Shown here: piece after piece, positions 53,773-64,000 of the stretch
Numbering within the stretch: position 1 is the first letter of the stretch
Layout of the letters: every line of letters begins with the position of its first letter
From: Octopus vulgaris
Taxonomy: Eukaryota
Direction: 5' to 3'
NCBI GenBank assembly: GCA_951406725.2
Contig: OX597833.1
Location: forward strand, 51,584,001 to 51,648,000
DNA: 64,000 bases
Position numbers and translations under genes: made by a program
The notes under the pieces: model-generated
Told to the model about the DNA's origin: nothing
Database searches by the model: none
Seen by the model: only the letters and a program-made list of their open reading frames with translations

Positions 53773-54813
53773 AAAGAGGAAAGAAGGAAGGAAGGGAAGA
53801 AAAAAGAAGGGAGGAAAGAAAGAAAGAAGGAAAGAAATAAATAAAGGAAGACATGGAGGGAAGAAGTAAATAAAGAAGGAAAGGAACAAAGAAGAAAGAA
53901 GAGGAAAGAAAGAAAGGAAAGAAGAAAAAAGAATGGAGGAAAGAAAGGAAGGAAGGAAGGAAGGAGGGAAGAAGGAAGGAAGGAAAGAAAAAAGGGGAGG
54001 AAAGAAAGAAGGAAAGAAGGAAAGACAAAGAAGAGAGAAATAAATAAAGAAGGAAAGGAACAAAGAAAGAAAGAAAGAAAGAAAGGAAAAAGAAAGGAAA
54101 GAAAGAAAGGACGGAAGAAAGAGAAGGAAGAGAGGCAAGAAAGAAAGAAGGAAAGAAAGAAAGTTATAGAGGAAGAAGGAAGGAAAGAAGGAGAGAAAGA
54201 AATAGAGGAAAGAAGGAAGGAAAGAACAAAAGGAAGACAACGGGGAAAGAAATAAAGAGAGAAAAAGGGAAGGAAGAAAGGAAAAAGGAAAGTAAAAGAA
54301 AGCAAGAAAATAGTAGGAAGGAATAAAGAAAGAAAGAAAGAAAGAAAGATGGGTTTAAAGAAAGGACGAAAGAAAGAAAGAAAGAAAGAAAGGATGAAAG
54401 AAGTAACGAAGGAAAGAAAGCTAGGATGAAAGAAAGAACAAAAGAAAGAAAGAAAGGATGAAAGAAATAACGAAAGAAAGAAAGATAGGATGAAAGAAAG
54501 AACAAAAGAAAGAAAGAAAGGATGAAAGAAATAACGAAAGAAAGAAAGATAGGATGAAAGAAAGAACAAAAGAAAGAAAGAAAGAAAGGATGAAAGAAAT
54601 AACGAAAGAAAGAAAGATAGGATGAAAGAAATACCGTAAGAAAGATAGGATGAAAGAAAGAACGAAAGAAAGAAAGAAAGAAAGAAAGAAAGGATGAAAG
54701 AAATAACGAAAGAAAGAAAGAAAGAAAGGATGAAAGAAATACCGAATGAAAGAAAGATAGGATGAAAGAAAGAACGAAAGAAAGAAAGAAAGAAAGGATG
54801 AAAGAAAGAACAA

Positions 54814-54848
<35 letters not shown>

Positions 54849-55060
54849 GATGAAAGAAATACCGAAAGAAAGAAAGATAGGATGAAAGAAAGAAAGAAAG
54901 AAAGGATGAAAAAAATAACGAAAGAAAGAAAGATAGGATGAAAGAAAGAACAAAAGAAAGAAATACCGAATGAAAGAAAGATAGGATGAAAGAAAGAAAG
55001 AAAGAAAGATGGAAAAGGAGAGAGAGAAATAGGATGGGAAATAAAAAGGAAGGAAAGCCG
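53010..55060. repeat. ~2-kb polypurine (GAAA/GGAA) low-complexity tract
   Basis: Almost purely A/G on the + strand, with higher-order GATAGGATGAAAG units at ~54360-55010. Confidence 0.95.
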
Positions 55061-55214
55061 TCTGAATCGGTAAATAAAGATGTTGAACAGTTTTCGTTCG
55101 GAAGATGAAGGATTCAACGACCAGATTTTCAGGGTCAGTAAAACGAAGGAATTTCAAGCTTGAATTCTTCTCGGTAATTGATGGCTGTGTTGAGATTTTT
55201 AGTGAAGCAGAGGC

Positions 55215-55270
<56 letters not shown>

Positions 55271-55408
55271 CGCGTGTGTGAAAGAGAGAGGGGAGGAGGA
55301 GGATGTGACAGACCAACTTTGGGGGTTGGCGCGGTCTGAGAAATTTCAATTGGCCATAAGGAATGGTCAGATATGATGATATTAACACTGTAGTCCCTTA
55401 CTAACGTG

Positions 55409-55715
55409 AGGACGCATTGCTTAGTGGTTAGAGCGTCGGGCTCATAATCATGAGGTAGCGAGTTCGATTCCCGGACCGGGCTGTGTGTTGCGTCCTTGAG
55501 CAAGACACTTTATTTCACGTTGCTGCACCGTTACTGGTGTCAAGCTGTATTAGCTTTTTCTTTTTTCCTTTGGATAGCATAAGTGGCATAGAGATGATGA
55601 GGCTGGTATGCATGAGCGACTGCTGGTCTTCCGTACACAACCTTGCCCAGACTTGTGCTTCGGAGGATAAATGCCCAGGGGCAATCTCGTGGTCATTCAT
55701 TTCTGAAGTGGGGTT
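55409..55715 (+). mobile_element. SINE family D, internally deleted
   Basis: Matches 51701-52035. Confidence 0.8.
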
Positions 55716-55889
55716 ATTTGCTCTTTTTTAAACTCCTTTACTAATATTACCGTTGGTCTGCCCAGTGTTGCTGTACATTGCAATTGACTGATGTTTAGCC
55801 CTGAGTCATGTCTGGTCGAGCAGACCCGGTACGACAATCGTGTATTATATTCCAGAGATATTTCCGCTATTGCTATGGTTTATTATGTT

Positions 55890-56385
55890 GAAGTATTCAG
55901 ACATGTTGTCCCATTCTTCCTTCAGGATTTGTTTTAAATGATCAAGACTTGGATGCGAAGTTTTGTTGGTAGAGCCCTCCAATTTTACGCCATACAACAT
56001 AGTCCAGGGAGTTCAAGTCTGGACTAGAAGAAAGCTGGAAGTTGGCAAGCCAAAAGTCGGTGAAGTTGCCCCCCTCGCAGAATTTCTGCACGTTCTTCGC
56101 TGTATGAGCAGGAGAACCATCTTGGGATCACACATAATTACCGTTGGGGTTGTTAGACTTCAATCAAGGCAAAACCTTATACTGCAGGACTTTATAATAT
56201 ACGTCAGCCCCACATTTTCCCCAGATTTTGTTTTCTCTTGATGTCTCCAATATCCAGCATTCGGTTCTTAACGTTGTAAACAGTGATCACTTAGACCCCA
56301 ACAGTCTGAGCAATACGTCTAATTGCAACCCCGGTACGAAGCAAATCTGCAATGCGCTGTGTCTTGGCTTCTTAAGTGAACATGT
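55890..56385 (-). pseudogene. Tc1/mariner (maT/DD37D-like) transposase remnant with an internal deletion
   Basis: An HTH-like RIADLLRTGVAIRRIAQTVGV*VITVYNVKNR is joined to VYYKVL...QDGSPAHTAKNVQKFC...DFW...SSPDLNSLDYVVW...TNKTSHPSLDHLK..LKEEW. Confidence 0.8.
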
Positions 56386-56540
56386 TAGATCGTATGACTG
56401 GAACTTCTGCTTAAATTAATTCTATATACCTCCCCACTGAAATAGAAAACAATATTTTATTATTTATACTCAGGAATATATGAAAAATAAGGCTTCCAAA
56501 ATATTCCAAGTTTTCCTTCCGCACTGTGTAAGCATATATA

Positions 56541-56926
56541 TCTCTCTCTATATAAACGGCAGTTTGTCTGTGCGTGTTTCTGTGTGTCTGTTTTCTCGTA
56601 CCCTCACCCTGACCACGGCTTTCAACCGATTCTGATGAAACTTGACACACACATAGCCCAATGTCATAATTCAAAACTAACGCAGCGAAAATTTTGAAAA
56701 GTTCCCCCAGTTCTGAAAATAATCGATAAATTCGACATGGGGTCGAGAATCAAAAAAAATAAACCACAGACTGTCTAGGGGACGCAACTCAACCTTTTTT
56801 TACTCTAAAAAAAAATTTACCATCATTTTTTTTCTATTTTTTTGCTATTTTTTGGCTATAACTCTCTAAAAATGCTTTATAGTTATTTCCCTTACAAACC
56901 TGAGCAACGCCGGGCGATACTGCTAG
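56541..56926 (+). mobile_element. Non-autonomous Helitron (different 5' part, shared 3' end)
   Basis: A|TC...TATATAAA...CCTGAGCAACGCCGGGCGATACTGCTAG|T. Confidence 0.85.
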
Positions 56927-56997
<71 letters not shown>

Positions 56998-57010
56998 ATA
57001 TGTGTATGTG

Positions 57011-57077
<67 letters not shown>

Positions 57078-57100
57078 TGTATGTATGCATGTATGTATCA

Positions 57101-57500
57101 GGTCACTTTCGAGTGCTACTGGTAACACGTAACCCAGTACAACCTGTTGCATGGTCGGGTCGTCGGTGACTAAACCGGCAACCCCACCAAGCTTGCTTGG
57201 TGAGGTGGGTGTTTATTGGACACCCTGCGGGATGAAAAACTAAACCTGTCAAAGGGCGGAGGAACTCTTGAGAGTCAACGGCCATCAAATAATTGCCTTA
57301 AGGCTGTATGATGCGCGGGGACATAGAAATAATCGCACTGAATACTCGATCGCGCGGTTAACCATTGGGAGTAATGGACTCCTAGCCTTTGTTAGGGCAT
57401 CCTTCTAGGAGAAGGTAACTCAGATAACTGGGATAACTCCGACATAAAATCTGCGGCTCAGTGGTTACTGATGATGTTGACTTGTTCATCTTTTCGGATT
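57101..57500 (+). mobile_element. Possible 5' UTR-like region of an RTE-type retroelement
   Basis: GC-richer block after (TATG)n. CTAGGAGAAGGTAACTC resembles RTE 5' regions as recalled; there is no coding support. Confidence 0.3.
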
Positions 57501-58736
57501 ATGGCTGCTGTTGCTTAGTGAGTGTGATTGACTCAGTGCACAACCTTTCCTCACTTTAAAAAAATCTTCTTGCACAGGCATTGCACGATAACAACATTGA
57601 TTAAGATTCGTGCAATGGTCATACTTGATAACGAGGGGGCAGCCACCATGTATGTATGTATGTATGTATACATGGTTTTGATGCTGGTCATTTGGGATGC
57701 AACAGAAAACATTATATAACGCATCCGAGGAATATCCTAGCATAACTTAACGCCTCTCTGTAGCTATCCACGGAAGGAATTGCACCAAATCTTGATAATA
57801 GAATATCTATCAATCTTACGACAGTGTAACAGCACTACGTTAAGAGATGGATATAAAATAACTGTTCAAATAATTAGGCTATTAAGGACGTTGGCTATTA
57901 ATTAGGCTATTAAGGACAATACAACATTAATGAAGAATATAAATTATAAACTATTCAGCCAAGCGTTCGATATATTACCTGTCATCTCTGTCGGATGTGA
58001 ATCCCTCGTTGTTAAATAGAATGTACTTTAATAGTAGTATAGCTATTGGTTAAACAGCGTTTATAACGATGTGGTGGAGGATAGTAGATATGACATTATA
58101 TGTATTGTATTTTTTAAACCTTGATACTTATTTTGTCCCGCATAAACAAACCGATGCGAACTGTTAAATGGTGATGGGTGACAAACACACACAAAGACAC
58201 ACAGGCAGAACAACTAATGAATTCAAAGTGAGATATACACAGCATATGCACTCTTTCACATGCCGCTATAGGGAAGACTACACCACTCTGCTCTGCTTTG
58301 TCTGGAGACTTCAAAACTGATAGAACTCCGCCAGCATCGAGTGGTATATCATGGACAGGACCCTAACTTACTCAACTGGCGACCGCAATTGTCAAATCTG
58401 ATTCCACGAAAGACTACATAGTCTTCCCCAACCTGCTGTATCCATCAACAGGAAGAATGAACTACCTATTTATGCCACCGGAGGTACTCGCTGCTAATGA
58501 ACTTCAAGCCATTAGGCGCTGACAATCCTTATATATTACCTTAGGCCTAGATACCTCATACACAAAGGCAGGATACTAACATGCTGCTTTCCGCGAGAGT
58601 TTTTCCACTGTTAACATTTCAAATATATCTTCTCAATACATCTTTGATACATGTATACCATGTTGACATTCACTTAAAGTTGTAGTTATCTTCAGTTTAC
58701 TAGTAAACACTGTATGACAGCCTGTCAGTTGTAAAT

Positions 58737-60972
58737 AAATATATTGAAAATTCGTGTTACAGTAAACTTCTTTGACAACCCGACAACCGAGGTCATGTAC
58801 AGACAGCGTTATTAATTATGTTTGATTCTTAGCTGTAGAATTACGGTAGCAAATGTTTGAAGTTTTAATGACGGTGTGTTAGCCGTTGACAGCTCAGTTA
58901 ATATATGTGTCGGTAACTCAGTCAAATCCGTCAACTTGTGGTAATTAAATATATTGAAAATCCCTGTTACAGTAAACTTCTTTGACAACCGAGGTCATGT
59001 AATGACAGCGTTATTAATTATATTTGATTCTTAGCTGTAGAATTACGGTAGCAAAGTTAATATATATGTGTCGGTAACTCAGTTAAATGCGTCAACTTGT
59101 GGTAATTAAATATATTGAAAATCCCTGTTACAGTAAACTTCTTTGACAACCGAGGTCATGTAATGACAGCGTTATTAATTATATTTGATTCTTAGCTGTA
59201 GAATTACGGTAGCAAAGTTAATATATATGTGTCGGTAACTCAGTTAAATCCGTCAACTTGTGGTAATTAAATATATTGAAAATCCCTGTTACAGTAAACT
59301 TCTTTGACAACCGAGGTCATGTAATGACAGCGTTATTAATTATATTTGATTCTTAGCTGTAGAATTACGGTAGCAAAGTTAATATATATGTGTCGGTAAC
59401 TCAGTTAAATCCGTCAACTTGTGGTAATTAAATATATTGAAAATCCCTGTTACAGTAAACTTCTTTGACAACCGAGGTCATGTAATGACAGCGTTATTAA
59501 TTATATTTGATTCTTAGCTGTAGAATTACGGTAGCAAAGTTAATATATATGTGTCGGTAACTCAGTTAAATGCGTCAACTTGTGGTAATTAAATATATTG
59601 AAAATCCCTGTTACAGTAAACTTCTTTGACAACCGAGGTCATGTAATGACAGCGTTATTAATTATATTTGATTCTTAGCTGTAGAATTACGGTAGCAAAG
59701 TTAATATATATGTGTCGGTAACTCAGTTAAATGCGTCAACTTGTGGTAATGAAATATATTGAAAATCCCTGTTACAGTAAACTTCTTTGACAACCGAGGT
59801 CATGTAATGACAGCGTTATTATTTATATTTGATTCTTAGCTGTAGAATTACGGTAGCAAAGTTAATATATATGTGTCGGTAACTCAGTTAAATGCGTCAA
59901 CTTGTGGTAATTAAATATATTGAAAATCCCTGTTACAGTAAACTTCTTTGACAACCGAGGTCATGTAATGACAGCGTTATTAATTATATTTGATTCTTAG
60001 CTGTAGAATTACGGTAGCAAAGTTAATATATATGTGTCGGTAACTCAGTTAAATGCGTCAACTTGTGGTAATTAAATATATTGAAAATCCCTGTTACAGT
60101 AAACTTCTTTGACAACCGAGGTCATGTAATGACAGCGTTATTAATTATATTTGATTCTTAGCTGTAGAATTACGGTAGCAAAGTTAATATATATGTGTCG
60201 GTAACTCAGTTAAATCCGTCAACTTGTGGTAATTAAATATATTGAAAATCCCTGTTACAGTAAACTTCTTTGACAACCGAGGTCATGTAATGACAGCGTT
60301 ATTAATTATATTTGATTCTTAGCTGTAGAATTACGGTAGCAAAGTTAATATATATGTGTCGGTAACTCAGTTAAATCCGTCAACTTGTGGTAATTAAATA
60401 TATTGAAAATCCCTGTTACAGTAAACTTCTTTGACAACCGAGGTCATGTAATGACAGCGTTATTAATTATATTTGATTCTTAGCTGTAGAATTACGGTAG
60501 CAAAGTTAATATATATGTGTCGGTAACTCAGTTAAATGCGTCAACTTGTGGTAATTAAGTATATTGAAAATTCGTGTTACAGTAAACTTCTTTGACAACC
60601 CGACAACCGAGGTCATGTACAGACAGCGTTATTAATTATGTTTGATTCTTAGCTGTAGAATTACGGTAGCAAATGTTTGAAGTTTTAATGACGGTGTGTT
60701 AGCCGTTGACAGCTCAGTTAATATATATGTGTCGGTAACTCAGTTAAATCCGTCAACTAGTGGTAATTAAATATATTGAAAATCCGTGTTACAGTAAACT
60801 TCTTTGACAACCCGACAACCGAGGTCATGTAATGACAGCGTTATTAATTATGTTTGATTCTTAGCTGTAGAATTACGGTAGCAAATGTTTGAAGTTTTAA
60901 TGACGGTGTGTTAGCCGTTGACAGCTCAGTTAATATATATGTGTCGGTAACTCAGTTAAATCCGTCAACTTG
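58737..60972. repeat. Satellite array: one 210-bp unit, ten 161-bp units, two ~210-bp units
   Basis: AAATATATTGAAAAT at 58737, then every 161 bp from 58947 to 60557, then at 60769. Confidence 0.97.
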
Positions 60973-61591
60973 TTGACAAGCTCTGATACATGCATTTACT
61001 GTTGACAGCCGAGATACATGTGATGATTGTTGACAGCTTAGTTTACTGATTGCCTGCTTGTCAACAGTTCAGTTTCAGTGACTAAATCGCCATGTGAACG
61101 GCACAGTTACAGTGGTTATCATTAAGTTGTTAACGGACTAATTAAGGTGGCCGTCACCATGTTGGTTACCATTACTTTCTGTCGGCAACAGCTGTTGTGA
61201 TAATTATCATCGAGGTTAAGAACGAGAGGAACTAAGAAGCGGGTTTGTTTATCTACTTTCCAGGCCTTCCAGCCGGTCGTCGCTGGCTTTCTCTGTGATA
61301 CATTCATTTGTAGAAGTTCACAGACCCATTTCCACATACGCATACCATACCAACTAATAAATGTGTTGGGTGGGTATTTGAGTATTTAGGCATCTGCGTA
61401 TGTGTGTGTATCACTGTATGTATTTTTGTATTATGTGTGTGGGTATGAGACAGCATGTATATATGTGGGTATGTTTCCATGTATGTATGTATGTATGTAT
61501 GTATGTATGTATGTATGTATGTATGTATGTATGTATGTATGTATGCATGTATGTATGCATATATGTGTATATGTATGCATATGTAAGTATA

Positions 61592-61643
<52 letters not shown>

Positions 61644-62154
61644 TACATACATACATATATATATATATATGTGTATATATATATATGTGTGTATATATGG
61701 ATATATATATGTATGGATGGATATATATGTGTGTGTCTGTGTATTCAAGTATCTATGCATGCTATGAGTGTGTCGGTATTTGCGTATCGGTACCAGTTGT
61801 ACCAGTGAGTGAGCGTGGTCCCCTGTGTGTGTGCGTGTGTGTGTTTGTTGTATGTGCGTGTGTGTGCGTGTGTGCGTGTGTGTGCATGCGTGCGCGCGCG
61901 CGTAAGAGAGCTACACACATGGGTACGGAGAATGAGAAAAAGGTGGAGAAAAAGAACTCTATGATTGCTGAGACAAAGCTGCTCTGTTGCCTACATGAAA
62001 CTGATATCCTGTGCTGCGTAAACAAAAGACGGTGGCAGCTAGGTTTACAAGACCCTTCCTACTGGCGAAACCGAAATCTTTTTTCTTTTCACACAGCGTA
62101 TCGATGCTAAGCAGGTGGTTTGCCAATATCGTGAATAAACAAGGGTCTCTACAG

Positions 62155-62167
62155 AGCAGCAGCGGAG

Positions 62168-62238
<71 letters not shown>

Positions 62239-62700
62239 TGCTGCAGCAGTGCTAGTAGTAGTAGGAGGAGGAGGAGGTGGAGGAGAGGAAGACGTGGGGA
62301 AGGGGAGGAAGATGTGGAGGAGGGGAGGAGGAAGAACAAGAGGAGGAGGAGTTGCAGTATTAGTGGTAGTAGTAGTAGTAGTAGTAGCAGTAGTAGTCGT
62401 AGAAGTTGTAGTAGTGGCAGTTGTAACAGTTGCAACAGCAGGAGTGCTTGTAGTAGTAGTAGTACTAGTAGTAGTAGTAGTACTAGTAGTAGTAGTAGTA
62501 CTAGTAGTAGTAGAACTAGTAGTAGTAGAACTAGTAGCAGCAGCAGCAGTATTAGTAGTAAGAGGAGGAGTGGGAGGTGTCGCAGCAGCAGCTGTAGTAG
62601 TAGTAGGAGGAGGAGGAGGAGGAGGAGAAGGAGCAAGGGAGGAAGGAGGAGGAGGAGCAAGGGAGGAAGGGAGAGGAGGGAGATGAGGAGGGAGAGGAAG
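62155..62700. repeat. (AGC)/(AGT)/(GGA) trinucleotide low-complexity tract
   Basis: Read directly from the sequence. Confidence 0.9.
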
Positions 62701-62924
62701 GAGTGTCACAGCCGCAGTAGCAGTATAGGAACAATAATGAATTTGTTTCATTGGCCCCAAGTACCTAAGGCGTTGGGCACCATAAAAGGGCGAAGTAGAA
62801 AAAGGAACGACAAACATAAGAAAAAGGAACCGTTGGAAATTACATGAAAGCAAAACGATGAGATAAGCAACTATGAATATGATAATCGTTTCCCCTAAAA
62901 TTTGTGGGGAGGGAACTAGTGGAT

Positions 62925-63275
62925 TCATTGGTTCTTAATTTATTGTCCCCGAAAGGATGACCTCGGCGGAATCTGAGCCCAGAACACAAGGACGGACAAA
63001 ATGCCGCTAAGCAATTTGCCCGGCGTGCTAACGTTTCTACCAGCTCACCGTTTTTTTCATAATATTAGTTTCAAATTTTGGCACAAGGCCAGCAATTTCG
63101 GGGGAGTTGGGGATCGATTATAGCGACACCCCTGCTTAACTGGTACTTATTTCATCGACCCCAAAAGGATAAAAGCAAAGTCAATTTCGGCGGAATTCGA
63201 ACTCAGAACGTAAGGACGAGCGAAATGTTGCTAATTTGCCAGCCGTGCTAACGATTCTGCCAGCTCGCCGCCTTT
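62925..63275 (-). mobile_element. Two diverged SINE family C copies
   Basis: Reverse-complement heads GCTAACG.TTCT.CCAGCTC.CCG at ~63050 and ~63270. Confidence 0.75.
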
Positions 63276-63336
63276 CGATAATAATAGTATCAAATTTTGC
63301 CACAAGACCAGCAGTTTTGGGGCACAGTGGAAGTCG

Positions 63337-63401
63337 ATGACATAAAGAAGCTTGCTTCTCATCCACATAATGTGGATGAGAAGCAAGCTTCTTTATGTCA
63401 T
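63337..63401. repeat. Perfect palindrome with 32-bp arms and a 1-nt loop
   Basis: ATGACATAAAGAAGCTTGCTTCTCATCCACAT-A-ATGTGGATGAGAAGCAAGCTTCTTTATGTCAT. Confidence 0.95.
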
Positions 63402-63783
63402 GATTTTGGCCATAAGGCCTTACACAGAGAAAGGAAGCCGCGGGCTGGACGTAGACATAATGCTATATGAAATGCTCGACTAATGGCGGTGCTCCAGCAT
63501 GGCCACAGTCATATGACTGAAACAAGTAAAAGAGGAAAAAGAGAGAAAGTAATGAAATTGCTATATCTTGAAAGATTTTCACATGATTAAACAAGAGCTG
63601 CTTTCCTTTCTTCTCTATGTTTTGTATACATGGACCGAAGGTAAAAAAAACATTAAATGTTGTCATGTAAATTTTTGAAAATATGTGTTTGGCCATGCAA
63701 CGAATAATATATCAAAATATCTGATATATTTTCTAACTTTTTCTCAGACAATAATATACCTGGTTTCTCATTCAATTATTATA

Positions 63784-64000
63784 TACTCTTTTACTTGTTT
63801 CAGTCATTTGACTGCGGCCATGATGGAGCACCGCCTTTAGTCGAGCAAATCGATCCGAGGACTTATTCTTTGTAAGCCTGGTATTTATTCTGTCGGTCTC
63901 TTTTTGCCGAACCGCTAAGTTACGGGGACGTAAGCACACCAGCATCGGTTGTCAAGCGATGTTGGGGAAAAACATACACACACACACACACACACATATA
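63784..64000 (-). mobile_element. SINE family A, 3' half, running off the window
   Basis: Matches the family A tail. Confidence 0.88.

Noticed and set aside
52980-55388. 802-aa ORF and overlapping F/L/S-rich ORFs
   Set aside because: They are translations of the (CTTT)n low-complexity strand, which lacks stop codons by composition.
57101-57220. HDV-like or twister ribozyme at the start of the RTE-like block
   Set aside because: Only a simple TACTGG/CCAGTA hairpin was found, and no pseudoknot could be built by eye.
58330-58530. Short open frame (KSDSTKDYIVFPNLL...) before the satellite
   Set aside because: It is short and matches no family I recognise.
61959-62928. Poly-S/T/L/V ORFs of 145-278 aa
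   Set aside because: They come from a trinucleotide repeat tract that is open in several frames.

Overview
AT-rich, repeat-saturated animal DNA with no recognisable intact protein-coding gene. The long ORFs in the track are translations of microsatellites or short tandem repeats. The SINE repertoire and TTAGGG repeats suggest a coleoid cephalopod, probably an octopus; this is inferred from recognised repeats, not from a database search. The window holds at least four tRNA-derived SINE families (about 30 copies) and three non-autonomous Helitrons. It also holds mariner-type and Merlin-like MITEs, a deleted maT-type transposase, decayed R4/Dong, CR1 and RTE LINE pieces, and four tandem arrays (117, ~151, 50 and 161/210 bp). 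Three features stand out. (1) Several Penelope-type fragments carry minimal type-I hammerhead ribozyme folds. They include a tRNA-headed, hammerhead-bearing SINE-like element present as a head-to-head pair (10.7-11.4 kb) and a hammerhead with an apparent compensatory G3:C8 core swap (40.26 kb). (2) A 5.7-kb fold-back complex (27.65-33.36 kb) combines 10-bp periodic repeats, a recurring double-hairpin module and (TTAGGG)n facing (CCCTAA)n. (3) There are many fold-back palindromes, often centred on (TA)n. Coordinates were read by eye and may be off by a few bases.
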